Positions 9,004 to 18,775 of a stretch of DNA of 64,000 nucleotides are shown here, piece after piece. The stretch comes from a virus, in IMG/VR virus record IMGVR_UViG_3300025018_000102, positions 1 to 64,000 of that record, one strand, 5' to 3'. The notes under the pieces were generated by a model, which did no database searches, was not told the DNA's origin, and saw only the letters and a program-made list of their open reading frames with translations. Made by a program: the position numbers and the translations under genes. Positions within the stretch are counted from its first letter, which is position 1. Every line of letters starts with the position of its first letter.

Positions 9004-10188
9004 ATGACAAGCACGATTCACCTCGGAACTACCCTAAAATCTCATAAGTCTCTCAATCTGCCGCTCGATAAAATGTGCAAGCATGTCGCCATCATGGGCG
9101 CCAGCGGCTCTGGAAAGTCAGGGCTGCTCTTGGGCATGGTCGAGCAGCAGGTCGAGAACAACGTGCCTGTTATCCTCGTGGACCTCAAAGGGGACATGAG
9201 CAACATCATACTTCAGAAGTACGGAACGCCGCTAAGGGATCGCATGCGAGTTCGCATGCTTACCCCTGGAGGCGACTACGGTACTGCCATCGACTTGTTC
9301 GCCTCCTTGGAACGCAGGGATCGCATCAAGTCAGCAGTGTCTCAGATTCTGCACCTGTGCGGGTATCCTGCTCGAAAGACTAACCCTCTCTCAAGCAAGG
9401 AGCACGCTTACCTAAGCGTCATCCTGGAACATCACCACCGCGAGGGCATCCCCACCGACTTGGTGACCCTGATGGACTCCATCATGGACCCCCCGTTCAA
9501 CACGTTCGGCGCGCTCCCGCTCAGCGAGGCCATCCCCTCCACCTTGAGGGAGATTCTGGTGCTGCGCATCAACAACATGTACGTGGCGCCTAGTTTCGCT
9601 AAGTGGCGCACCGGCATCGACCTGGATATCGGTGACCTGTACAATAGGACAACCGATGGGCGGACGAACGTGACCATCTACAACGTGTCACACCTAGACG
9701 ACCAAGAGCGCATCTTTGCCTTGTCCCTCCTCTTCACTAACATCGTTACGTGGATGAGGGATCAACGTGGCACGGACGAACTTGTGGCAAGCCTGGTGGT
9801 GGACGAGTGTGTCGGAGTCATTCCTCCGACACGCAATCCAGACACCAAGCCCCCGCTGATGACCATGCTCAAGCAGGCTCGGGCCTATGGCCTTGGCCTA
9901 TGCCTGGCCTCGCAGAATCCTATGGACCTAGACTACAAGGCCCTGAGTAACTGCGAGACCTGGATGGTTGGCCGTCTGCAGATGAGAAACGACCGGAAAC
10001 GCGTCATCCAAGCCATCTGCGAGACAACGCCTCACGACCAAATGCTCCTGGAAAGGCGCATCTCTCAGTTGTCACCTCGTGAGTTTGTGCTATGCCGTCC
10101 TAAGTCCACTGCGGACTTTGTCACTGCTGACGTGAAGTGCCGCCTCGTAGGCCCCATGACGGCCCTTGAGATCCAAACTGCCCTCTAA
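9004..10188 (+). CDS. HerA/FtsK-superfamily ATPase (DUF87/DUF853-like)
   Basis: HVAIMGASGSGKS, ILVDLKGD, LVVDE, KQARAYGLGLCLASQNPMDLDYK. Confidence 0.85.
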   Translation: MTSTIHLGTTLKSHKSLNLPLDKMCKHVAIMGASGSGKSGLLLGMVEQQVENNVPVILVDLKGDMSNIILQKYGTPLRDRMRVRMLTPGGDYGTAIDLFASLERRDRIKSAVSQILHLCGYPARKTNPLSSKEHAYLSVILEHHHREGIPTDLVTLMDSIMDPPFNTFGALPLSEAIPSTLREILVLRINNMYVAPSFAKWRTGIDLDIGDLYNRTTDGRTNVTIYNVSHLDDQERIFALSLLFTNIVTWMRDQRGTDELVASLVVDECVGVIPPTRNPDTKPPLMTMLKQARAYGLGLCLASQNPMDLDYKALSNCETWMVGRLQMRNDRKRVIQAICETTPHDQMLLERRISQLSPREFVLCRPKSTADFVTADVKCRLVGPMTALEIQTAL

Positions 10189-10211
10189 ACCCCGACTTAT
10201 AGGAGTCAATC

Positions 10212-12023
10212 ATGAGTACTAGACGAACCCGGCCAGTGCAGCGCGAACGAGGCGTTGAGAAGGTCTCAAGCGACCAATACATTGAAGCCCTCAAGGACCC
10301 CAAGAACATCTGGCGCACTGCACGAGTGCTGGCCTCCAAGTGCCTGTGGACGTCAGGTCCTGGCATCCACGCCCTGAACCCTGTGTTCAGCAGCGACGAC
10401 CCCCTCGTGAAGCGAGACGTGGAGACCATGGGCGTCGATCGTTGGTATCGTTGCTACATCAACGAGGAATGGGTCCAATATCTGCACCAGATTGCCCTCA
10501 AGGTAAGCGCGACCAATCCGTGCCCTACCTGTGGAGCACTGAGCCATCACGCACTCGCCTACACCGCTGGCGTCATCTGCCACGAGGCACATCACCCCAT
10601 CCGCAACCACTCCAAGCGGGCGGAGCAGTTCGGGGTGGGTGCGGGCAAACACAACCAGTGGAACATAGCGGCGGACTTCGAGATCAACGACGACCTTCTG
10701 CAGTGCTTCGACATGCTCATCAAGCAGAACGACGGCCCGTCCACCCGCCTGTGCTTTCCGCACTCCCCTGCTCTTGAGCACCCCGACGCCTTCAAGGCTT
10801 ATGTTGGCCAAGGGTTCAGCCATGTGTGGTCGTCACTGGACAAGATCCACTTCGCTACCTCCGATGTAGGAGTGATCGAAGGGCTCGAACGTGTGCCCCT
10901 TGTCGGCACGGGGTTCGGGTTCACGGCTCAGTACGATGGGGTAAGCCTCACGTGCGAGGGCTCCATCAACGGCCAGTTCAAGCGTGGAGACATGCTCAAC
11001 GTCAACGGGCATCACCTACAGTTCAAGACCGTCACTGGGGCATTGCCGGCAAACATGCGGCGTCCAGGGTTTGAGGCGATCGGTAAGTTCCCCGACAACC
11101 AGACCGCGGAGTACTACTTCGACCAGCTGGAGCAGCCCCAGACGCAGCAGGAGGACAAGAGCCAAAAGGGCGAAGGCGACGAAGAGTCTGACGGCGACGA
11201 AGAGGGACAAGGTCAGGGACAAGGTCAGGGACAAGGTCAGGGCCCTTTCGAGCAGTCTGCCCAAGGCGACATGGACTGTGGCTCTGGCGCACACAACGGT
11301 CAGGGGGCTCACGAGAAGGGGGCTCCTAACGCGCAGAACCCTGGAGTGTCTGAGTCTGAAGGAGATCTGATTCGGCAAGAGATTGCAGAGAAGATCAAGG
11401 ACGCATCCGCGACTCGAGGCAGCATCCCTGCTGGCATGGAGATGTGGGCAGACAGCGTGCTCAAGAAGCCTCAGGTGCGCTGGCAGGACGTGCTTCGTAA
11501 ACTCGTACGGCAGTCAGTCAACCAGCGCGCCGGTGACGAGGTGCGGACGTTTCGGCGGCTCGGAAGAGCTTCCGCGGCTACTGGATACACCCTGGCCTAC
11601 CCTTCCACCTACACTCCTTACCCCCGCATCGGGGTCGTGCTGGACACGTCTGGCTCCATGGGGCGCGGCCGGGGTAGCATCCTTGAGGAGGCCTTTGCAG
11701 AAGTCCAAGGCATCTGCGACCAACTGGGTGCGGAAGTCGTGTTCGTGTCTGTGGATGCAAAGGCTGGAGAAGTGCAGGAGATCACCAACTTCAAACAGGC
11801 TAAGTTGCAGGGCGGAGGTGGCACCGATATGCGTAAGGGCATCACTGCCCTTGAGAAGATGCGAAACCCCGTGAACCTGTGTGTGGTTCTCACGGATGGG
11901 TTCACTCCATGGCCCACCAAGCGGCCCCGCAGACTCAAGGTGGTGGCGGGCCTCGTGGGCAGGGCCCAGGGCGTCAGTGTTCCCAGTTTCATCAAGACAG
12001 TCAACGTAGGAGAGAAGAAATGA
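10212..12023 (+). CDS. DUF2201-type metallopeptidase-like + vWA domain protein
   Basis: HEAHH, WNIAADFEIND, acidic/GQ linker, MIDAS DTSGSM, GGGGTD, LTDG. Confidence 0.85.
   Translation: MSTRRTRPVQRERGVEKVSSDQYIEALKDPKNIWRTARVLASKCLWTSGPGIHALNPVFSSDDPLVKRDVETMGVDRWYRCYINEEWVQYLHQIALKVSATNPCPTCGALSHHALAYTAGVICHEAHHPIRNHSKRAEQFGVGAGKHNQWNIAADFEINDDLLQCFDMLIKQNDGPSTRLCFPHSPALEHPDAFKAYVGQGFSHVWSSLDKIHFATSDVGVIEGLERVPLVGTGFGFTAQYDGVSLTCEGSINGQFKRGDMLNVNGHHLQFKTVTGALPANMRRPGFEAIGKFPDNQTAEYYFDQLEQPQTQQEDKSQKGEGDEESDGDEEGQGQGQGQGQGQGPFEQSAQGDMDCGSGAHNGQGAHEKGAPNAQNPGVSESEGDLIRQEIAEKIKDASATRGSIPAGMEMWADSVLKKPQVRWQDVLRKLVRQSVNQRAGDEVRTFRRLGRASAATGYTLAYPSTYTPYPRIGVVLDTSGSMGRGRGSILEEAFAEVQGICDQLGAEVVFVSVDAKAGEVQEITNFKQAKLQGGGGTDMRKGITALEKMRNPVNLCVVLTDGFTPWPTKRPRRLKVVAGLVGRAQGVSVPSFIKTVNVGEKK
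11203..11242 (+). repeat. 12-bp tandem repeat AGGGACAAGGTC x3 (encodes GQGQ linker)
   Basis: Exact repeats visible in sequence. Confidence 0.9.
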
Positions 12024-12214
12024 AGATCGATGGCCGCCGCGGCACAAAAGCCGAAATGTTCTACAACACAGACAACAACACGATCGACCTGAACGTGCAG
12101 GATGAGGACGGAGAATGGTCAACGGCCGTCTTCAGCCTTGGTAAGGCGAAGCAGTTCGACAAGGCCTGGAAGACGTGCATCTCAAGGCTAGAAGAGAATG
12201 AGAGGGGAGAATGA
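12020..12214 (+). CDS. hypothetical protein
   Basis: ATGA overlap with vWA gene. Confidence 0.6.
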   Translation: MKIDGRRGTKAEMFYNTDNNTIDLNVQDEDGEWSTAVFSLGKAKQFDKAWKTCISRLEENERGE

Positions 12215-12380
12215 AGTTCCTAATAGGTCTCCTCATTCTTGGGAAATTCCTTGCAGCCACAGTCATCCTGTGCGTCGCGGCATTCCAGATCAACCAGATA
12301 TTTGGATGGCTGACGGTCACCGTGGGCATCCTCTTTCACTCCTCCTTGGTGTGGAGAACCTTCTATGCGGAGGAAGACAA

Positions 12381-12740
12381 ATGATAAAGGTGCGAGCGAT
12401 GAGTGGCTGCGATGAACTAGAGAAGAGACTTGGGTGGCTTGAGAACCCTAGGCTCAAAGGTCGTAAGGGCGTATGGACTGTGTACTATGGCCCAGACGGG
12501 ACCAATACCTTCCAGACCCTTGAAAGCCTGTTTGAGGGGGTCTTAGGACCAGAGTTCTCAAGTAGCAGGAAGAGGATCAGAAAGATGGAAAAACGGCTTC
12601 TAGAACTTGGTGACGATGTAGAAGTATGGGGCTATCCAGGGCACTGGGAGGTCACGTGGGTTGACGAAGGGAAGAGGGTATACGGGTTCTTCAAGAACCT
12701 TGAGACTGCCAGAAAGTGGCTAAAGAGAGGAGAGCGATGA
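12381..12740 (+). CDS. hypothetical protein
   Basis: GGAGG RBS before ATG 12381. Confidence 0.6.
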   Translation: MIKVRAMSGCDELEKRLGWLENPRLKGRKGVWTVYYGPDGTNTFQTLESLFEGVLGPEFSSSRKRIRKMEKRLLELGDDVEVWGYPGHWEVTWVDEGKRVYGFFKNLETARKWLKRGER

Positions 12741-12825
12741 AGGGTGAACCCTGGATGGTGGGCCCACTGTGTGGTTCGACTGCGACGAGTGCTACGAGAA
12801 CCTGAGAAGGCTGAGAAGGAAAACG

Positions 12826-13146
12826 ATGGACAAAGAACTGGTAACTAAGTGGGTAGAGGCTTTGGAGTTAGGTAGGTACGAGCAGGGAAAGGATAAGTTG
12901 AGGTCAGCGGATAACAAGTTCTGTTGTCTAGGGGTCTTAGCTGACATCCAGGGTGCTGATTGGGCGTATTCCGGATATGGTGGATTTGTTGGATGTGTCT
13001 TTGATGAAGATATGTACAGTAACGGCTATACAAAGGTTCCTAACGGACCTCCAGAACCCTTTTCGGAACATCTTGCTGAGTTGAACGATACTGGCACAAC
13101 CTTCAAAGAGATCGCAGAAATACTCCGCGAGGAGTACCTGGAGTGA
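12826..13146 (+). CDS. hypothetical phage protein (KWVEAL..G.Y.QG...FCCLGVL family)
   Basis: Recurrent phage motif; AAGGA RBS. Confidence 0.75.
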   Translation: MDKELVTKWVEALELGRYEQGKDKLRSADNKFCCLGVLADIQGADWAYSGYGGFVGCVFDEDMYSNGYTKVPNGPPEPFSEHLAELNDTGTTFKEIAEILREEYLE

Positions 13147-13147
13147 A

Positions 13148-13609
13148 GTGATGGCGAAGATTGAGAAACAACGAAAAGGGGTGACTTGGTGTGGCCCGGC
13201 TGCCCTTGCGTACCTCTGTGGCCTCACCTACGAAGAGGCCGAGAAGGCCATCCTTAGGGCTCGCAAGCAGTTCAGGCCTTGGAAGCTCGAACGATCCAAG
13301 ATCATCCGAGGAGTCCAAACAAGGGAGATGTACCCTACTCTCAAGAGGTACTACACGATTGTCCCTGAACCAACGGAGAAGATGAACCTAGGCAAGTGGG
13401 CGGAGTGGGTGCGCCGCCCGGGCCACACCTACCTTGTCACAGTCACTGGGCACTATGTCGTAGTGACTCCCGAGGCCATCTTTGACAACCAAGATGGCCT
13501 TGTACCCCTTGACCATCCCAAACAACAACGTAAGTTCGTGCGAGAGGTTCTTCGCCTCACGCCACGTAAGGGCCAGGCTTACCGTCTCGGCCTCACCCTT
13601 TCTGAATAG
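13148..13609 (+). CDS. C39-like papain-fold peptidase-like protein
   Basis: WCGPAAL ... GHYVVV ... FDN (Cys-His-Asp). Confidence 0.55.
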   Translation: MMAKIEKQRKGVTWCGPAALAYLCGLTYEEAEKAILRARKQFRPWKLERSKIIRGVQTREMYPTLKRYYTIVPEPTEKMNLGKWAEWVRRPGHTYLVTVTGHYVVVTPEAIFDNQDGLVPLDHPKQQRKFVREVLRLTPRKGQAYRLGLTLSE

Positions 13610-13634
13610 CCAACCCCAACTACATAGGTAGACA

Positions 13635-15740
13635 ATGAAAATCGCAACTCAAGAATCCGACATCGAGATCTCGCCGCATCTCAAGACCTCCCAGTTCCAG
13701 ATCGCTCAAACGGCTCACACGTTCCAGTTGCTCTCCAAGGGCATCTACTCCATGCCCGTACGGGCTGTCATCCGAGAACTTTGCTGCAATGCCCTCGACT
13801 CCCACCGAGTCCACGGCAATCCTGACACTCCGTTCGACCTCCATCTCCCCACGGACCTTGAGCGCACGTTCAAGGTCCGAGACTACGGGACAGGACTGAG
13901 CCATGAGGATGTGGAGGGCCTCTATTCGACGTACATGGCGTCTTCCAAACAAGGCAGCAACGACCAGACGGGATGCTTCGGCCTTGGCTCCAAGTCTCCC
14001 TTTGCTGTCACACGCACCTTCACCGTGACCTCGTGGCATGGCGGCAAGAAGATGGTGTTTGTGGCCACGATCGCAGACACCGGGCTCCCGAGCCTCACTC
14101 ACTTGATGACCAAGCCATGCGACGAACCTACGGGCCTGGAGGTGTCCTTCCAACCGAACGACATGTCCACGACCCCCACGTACACGTCGGGCCTGTACCG
14201 CGCGGAGGCTGGACGGGTCCTTCGGGCTTTCGATGTCCTGCCCAACACGAACATCACGATCGAGTGCCCGACGCCCGATGAGGATCATCCGATGGTGCTA
14301 GAGGGCCCGAACTTCAAGCTGTACTACGTCAGATGGGGGATCAAGGATTCCGTGCTGACAATGGGCAACGTGGACTATCCAGATCGTCTCAAGGACTTTC
14401 GAACGCAGTTCCCATGGCTGAAGGAGCATATGGTTCACTTGGAATGCCCCATTGGAACGTTTACGCCTACTCCTAGCCGAGAGAGTATCTCCTGGTCCGA
14501 TCACTCGCAGGAGGGAGTGCTCATGCAGTTGCGAAAGGTGGACACTGCGATTGCAGTGGAGTGCCAGAAGGCGATCGATGCCGCTGAGTGCCGATTCGAT
14601 GCGCTTCGTATCCACCACGGATTTTTGAGCCTCAAGCCCAAGGGGCTTACGTGGCGCGGGCAAGATCTGGACGCTTGCCGGGATCAAGTGGGCCTATACA
14701 AGGTGAAACTTCCGGACCTCAAGGATTCATCGGGAAATATCTGCTCCACAGACCAGTATGCTACTCACCGAGAGTTATATCCTACCACTCGGGTGCGAGA
14801 CAAAAAGTCGCAGGTCCAGTGCAGTAGCCTGAACTCCAGTTCTGCAAATCCTTCCACACAGCACATTCCCGCGTTTGTATACCCCAGGGGCAAGTCCGTT
14901 GCGCGCAGGCTCATGCATCACGTACGAGAAGAAGAGGAGCGGATCTTTCTCATCTCTGCGGTCGTACCGCTTGACGAGGTTCCTGAGGTGTTTGGGATCC
15001 CTGAGGATCGCATCCGCTTCTCGGACGACTACCCTCTCCCGCCCGCTAAGCCTAGGGCCCCGGTCGAGCGTGAGAAATTCACTGCGGCGTTACTTGGCGG
15101 CTGCCTTACCGCCACTGAGGTAGATATCAGTAAAGGGGGAATCTACGCCCCTTTGCGGTACAGCAAGCTCAAGATGACAAGTTGGACTGGAGATGAGTTC
15201 TCCGCTGACTACAAGGCTGTTGACAGGGCCTATCGGCAGTTGGAGCGCTTTCTAGGGGTGAAGCACACTCCTGTGATCGCGTCTCGGGTCAAGTTGTCTA
15301 AGAAGCTGGCCGAGTTGCCTAACTGGAAGCCCATCGAAGAGCACATCCGGGATCTGATCTCCGAGAATGTGCCTAAGATGAAGAAGTGGGCGCTCCCAGC
15401 CCCGAGTAGCGGCCTAGAGCCTATGAAGGCCAAGGCCATGATCGAAATGCATGCAGAGAATCAAGACGACTTGTTCTCGAACGAGTTGGTGGACCTACTG
15501 AAGGAGGAATCGTCTCACGATCACCACGCCTACGAACAAGCTAACCCACACCACATCGACTTCCACCTTCTCGGATTTTCCTTTATCAAGTCCCCTGAGA
15601 AGACGATCCCTGCTCACACTGAAGTAGAAAAAGAATACCCAATGCTTGCGGAGTTCGCGGGGTGGGCTTATACAGACAGAGGCACCAGGAAGAACCTAGT
15701 CCACTACATCAAGCTGGTAAATGAAAGTAAAAATCGATGA
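13635..15740 (+). CDS. rIIA: RIIA-like protein (GHKL ATPase N-terminus)
   Basis: IRELCCNALDSH, RDYGTGL, GCFGLGSKSPFA, PSRESI; followed by rIIB. Confidence 0.9.
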   Translation: MKIATQESDIEISPHLKTSQFQIAQTAHTFQLLSKGIYSMPVRAVIRELCCNALDSHRVHGNPDTPFDLHLPTDLERTFKVRDYGTGLSHEDVEGLYSTYMASSKQGSNDQTGCFGLGSKSPFAVTRTFTVTSWHGGKKMVFVATIADTGLPSLTHLMTKPCDEPTGLEVSFQPNDMSTTPTYTSGLYRAEAGRVLRAFDVLPNTNITIECPTPDEDHPMVLEGPNFKLYYVRWGIKDSVLTMGNVDYPDRLKDFRTQFPWLKEHMVHLECPIGTFTPTPSRESISWSDHSQEGVLMQLRKVDTAIAVECQKAIDAAECRFDALRIHHGFLSLKPKGLTWRGQDLDACRDQVGLYKVKLPDLKDSSGNICSTDQYATHRELYPTTRVRDKKSQVQCSSLNSSSANPSTQHIPAFVYPRGKSVARRLMHHVREEEERIFLISAVVPLDEVPEVFGIPEDRIRFSDDYPLPPAKPRAPVEREKFTAALLGGCLTATEVDISKGGIYAPLRYSKLKMTSWTGDEFSADYKAVDRAYRQLERFLGVKHTPVIASRVKLSKKLAELPNWKPIEEHIRDLISENVPKMKKWALPAPSSGLEPMKAKAMIEMHAENQDDLFSNELVDLLKEESSHDHHAYEQANPHHIDFHLLGFSFIKSPEKTIPAHTEVEKEYPMLAEFAGWAYTDRGTRKNLVHYIKLVNESKNR

Positions 15741-16816
15741 ATGAATCAACTCTAGGATATGTGTTCTCGAATGGGACACTCACACTCACTCTTGGCTGGG
15801 AGATCTTCACAGTCCACGAGGACGACTTCAACTACGGGAAGGTGTGGGAGGCGCTGGATCGCCTTCCAGACGAGGGGGAGGAGACAATCATTGAGGAGAT
15901 CAAGTTCCTTCTCACCCCAACCGCTGTTCCGCTCGATGTGGAGATCCCTCACTACGACACAAGCGACTTCCAGGTGGACCGATACGGCCATGTGTTTGTC
16001 AAGGGCACCTTGGTTGATGACCCCATCACCCGGAAGATCTCAGAGATCCACAGGTCCAGGGGCTCGTACGCGCCACTCGTGGCTTTCATGAACAAGTTGG
16101 CCAAGAATCCAAACCCAGAGGTACGGGATCAGTTGTTCAACTTCCTCAATGTCAGCGGATTCCCTCTTACCCTAGAGGGCGACTTCCTGGGCTACAAGGG
16201 GGTCAAGCGAGACTTGTGGGATGTCTACACAGGCTGGACCTTCCAGTACACCGCTGGCGCGGTCATCAGTATGCCTAGGGACGCAGTCTGTGATGATCCT
16301 GACCAGGGATGTGCTCCAGGGATTCATGTGGGCAGCTTCGACTACGCGAACGGCTTCTCCGAAGTCGTGGTGCTCGTTCAAGTAGACCCAGAGCACGTGG
16401 TCTCTGTTCCTACAGACTACAACTTTCAGAAGTTGCGGGCCTGTGAGCTTCGGGTGGCTCGCGTGATTCCTCTTGCCAAGAAGCTCGCACGGCCAGTGTA
16501 CACCGATGCGGACCTGGACGTGGAAGACGAGGACGAGTGGTTCGAGGATGAAGAAGAGGAACTTACGACGTACACGGTTCCCGTGGCGCACATGAGCCGA
16601 GATGCTCTCTGCACTTACGCAGGCTCCACGGAGTTCTTTCAGTCCGCCGCTGAGGCACGGTTCATGGGCAAGGCCTTTGTCCGGAACGTCCTGGAACATG
16701 AGAGTTTCGACTTCCCCAAGGTCCGCAAGCGGGACATCCGCAAGTTCCTGGCACGCCGGAACGTGGCTTACCGGAACAAGGAAACCCTGGACCAACTGAT
16801 CGCCCGGTGCCTGTGA
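15737..16816 (+). CDS. rIIB: RIIB-like protein
   Basis: GDFLGYKGV, MPRDAVCDDPDQGCAPGIHVG, VVSVPTDYNFQKLRAC. Confidence 0.9.
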   Translation: MNESTLGYVFSNGTLTLTLGWEIFTVHEDDFNYGKVWEALDRLPDEGEETIIEEIKFLLTPTAVPLDVEIPHYDTSDFQVDRYGHVFVKGTLVDDPITRKISEIHRSRGSYAPLVAFMNKLAKNPNPEVRDQLFNFLNVSGFPLTLEGDFLGYKGVKRDLWDVYTGWTFQYTAGAVISMPRDAVCDDPDQGCAPGIHVGSFDYANGFSEVVVLVQVDPEHVVSVPTDYNFQKLRACELRVARVIPLAKKLARPVYTDADLDVEDEDEWFEDEEEELTTYTVPVAHMSRDALCTYAGSTEFFQSAAEARFMGKAFVRNVLEHESFDFPKVRKRDIRKFLARRNVAYRNKETLDQLIARCL

Positions 16817-17055
16817 GCTAAGTACATGTAACTGTTGACTTCCAAAAGCTCCTCCTGTATTACTCTAGGTGAAAGGGTAGGTGGCTTTTGGAAGAACTTT
16901 TACAGGTTATGCTCGAATACTTGCTTGACGAAGACAGAGACAACGCTATATATGCACTAAGGGAGCTTGCGGACGGCTTGGAAGAAGGGGGAACCCTCTC
17001 CGAAGAGCAGGTTGCAGAGGTGCTCTCAATGCTCTAACTAACGAAAACGAGAACA

Positions 17056-17451
17056 ATGACCCAAACAAAAATGAACCTAGACAAGTGCTTTTCCCTTCTC
17101 AAGGCTGCCAAGGAGGACATCCGAAACGCTCAGATAGCTGAGTCGGACGTCTACGAGCTTATGGTAGAGACTGCAGGGTCCAAGACCTTTGCCCATGCGG
17201 GTGAGGTGTGGACGGTGCGGAGCCGCTACAATAAGGACATGGGCCGTAAGATGTCCTATCTGGCCAAGTCCAAGATCTCTGAGGCAGACTTCGCCTTGAT
17301 GGGCAACAAGATCGGCCGGGCTCATAGCATTACCGCCCGCGCGGTAGCTATCCAGGCAGCGGCCCAGCGCCAGGGGCAGATCCTCACGGACGAAGAGGCG
17401 CTCCGAGTGGCCTCCATGCCCGACTCAGAAGCCTCTGTCACCCTAGACTAA
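17056..17451 (+). CDS. hypothetical protein
   Basis: 131-aa ORF. Confidence 0.7.
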   Translation: MTQTKMNLDKCFSLLKAAKEDIRNAQIAESDVYELMVETAGSKTFAHAGEVWTVRSRYNKDMGRKMSYLAKSKISEADFALMGNKIGRAHSITARAVAIQAAAQRQGQILTDEEALRVASMPDSEASVTLD

Positions 17452-17456
17452 GGTTC

Positions 17457-17485
17457 TTGGCCGGATCATCGCCCTGTGATAGACT
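17457..17485 (+). promoter_or_regulatory. sigma70-like promoter (leaderless candidate)
   Basis: TTGGCC-17 bp-TAGACT with TGn; ATG 6 nt after the -10 box. Confidence 0.5.
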
Positions 17486-17491
17486 TGGGAA

Positions 17492-18106
17492 ATGGCAAAT
17501 ACCAAGGATATTGAGGTAGATGAGACCGCGTTGGCTCTAGCTGCCACCCCCTACGAGGCCAGCAAGGCACTCCAGGAGGTTGGGCTAGAAGATGCCTTCA
17601 AGGAGCTTACCTCAAGGCAGCAGATGGTCTATCGGTTTAGGATGCGGAAGATCCCGCAGACTACGATCGCCACCATGCTCAACATCTCTCAGCCCACTGT
17701 GGCTAGGGAACTAGCGGCCATACGGGCCCACTTCAAGGAGACGGGCTCCGAGGTGGACCAAGAGGTAACCATCGGTGAGTCTGTATGCTTGTTCGATGAG
17801 ATCGCCACCAAGGCTTGGGAGGTCTACACCAACTCCGAGTCACCCGGGGACCAACTGAAGGCCCTAGGAACCATCATGGCTGCAAAAGAGAAGCAACTAA
17901 AGCTCCTGATGGATGTTGGTCGGCTCGAGAAGGCAGGCACCAAGTCCACAATTGAGCACACAGTGTCGCCTCTTGTCCAAGAGTGGTCCGATGTGCAAAA
18001 GAAGCTAGCAGCAGGGAGCATCGTGGAAGCTACGTTCACAGTGCAGGAGGAACCCCTACCTCCGGATGAACTAGAGACGGAGGACTTCCTTGATGACGAA
18101 GATTAG
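17492..18106 (+). CDS. HTH DNA-binding protein (possible small terminase subunit)
   Basis: LTSRQQMVYRFRMRKIPQTTIATMLNISQPTVAREL HTH followed by helical region; TerS call is inference. Confidence 0.6.
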   Translation: MANTKDIEVDETALALAATPYEASKALQEVGLEDAFKELTSRQQMVYRFRMRKIPQTTIATMLNISQPTVARELAAIRAHFKETGSEVDQEVTIGESVCLFDEIATKAWEVYTNSESPGDQLKALGTIMAAKEKQLKLLMDVGRLEKAGTKSTIEHTVSPLVQEWSDVQKKLAAGSIVEATFTVQEEPLPPDELETEDFLDDED

Positions 18107-18521
18107 AGACAAGTTCCTAGACGCCATTGAGGCTGCAAGGCCCGCAGTGGCTGACAAGGTTACCCAAATCCTGGACGACATCATCTTTCCTTGGTACGAG
18201 TTAAACGTGCCCTATGGGAGCACCAGTAAGGCACTCAGAGGCATGGTGGCAGACAAGATCGCTGGCTACATCTCATCGACCTTGTGGATCTCTCGGGAGG
18301 AGTCTATTGACCTTGAGAACGGCCTGGTGGATGAGGTCAACTGCTTGCCCTTTGAGGTCATCGGGGTCTTCCCACAGAACACGTCTGCCACTGGATACGA
18401 CATCATGGTCACATTGTCGCAGCGATCTGTGCCAGCCAACACATTCACCTTGAGTATGCATCAGTTCATGCAAGACTTCTACCCTCTACGCCACGTAGAG
18501 TTTAGAGAGTACGACTCGTAA
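18090..18521 (+). CDS. hypothetical protein
   Basis: 143-aa ORF. Confidence 0.65.
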   Translation: MMTKIRDKFLDAIEAARPAVADKVTQILDDIIFPWYELNVPYGSTSKALRGMVADKIAGYISSTLWISREESIDLENGLVDEVNCLPFEVIGVFPQNTSATGYDIMVTLSQRSVPANTFTLSMHQFMQDFYPLRHVEFREYDS

Positions 18522-18594
18522 GACTTCAGCACAACCTACCCCAGTAGGCGGAAGAATAGGATTAGCCCACCTTGTACAAAACGGGCCGATTTAT

Positions 18595-18676
18595 GGAAGG
18601 TGCCGCTAATGGTTGGCGATCCGGTTTGAACCCGGAGGGGTGCGAAAGCACAGGAGTTCGATTCTCTCACTTTCCG
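18595..18676 (+). tRNA. tRNA-Ser(UGA), non-canonical 8/4 fold
   Basis: Acceptor GGAAGGTG/CACTTTCC, anticodon stem TCCGG/CCGGA with TGA, long variable arm GTGC-GAAA-GCAC, TTCGATT T-loop, G73. Confidence 0.85.
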
Positions 18677-18681
18677 CCTAT

Positions 18682-18755
18682 GGGCCAATAGCTCAATCGG
18701 TTAGAGTCCTCGTCTCATAAACGAGTCGTTCTCGGTTCGAGTCCGAGTTGGCCTA
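18682..18755 (+). tRNA. tRNA with CAU anticodon (probably Ile2, otherwise elongator Met)
   Basis: GGGCCAA/TTGGCCT acceptor, GCTC D-stem, CTCGT-CTCATAA-ACGAG, CTCGG-TTCGAGT-CCGAG; lacks initiator features. Confidence 0.9.
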
Positions 18756-18775
18756 CTAAGCAAAGGGATAAGACA

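Noticed and set aside
11203-11242. 12-bp tandem repeat as a regulatory element
   Set aside because: It encodes the low-complexity GQ linker usual in DUF2201 proteins.
523-13630. Recurrent (C/T)ATAGG motif before several early genes
   Set aside because: Adequately explained as Shine-Dalgarno context; no longer conserved promoter motif was visible.
2713-16795. Long antisense ORFs (e.g. 2713-3396, 7317-8114, 13620-14288, 16172-16795)
   Set aside because: Shadows of GC-rich sense genes, with no motifs or RBS.
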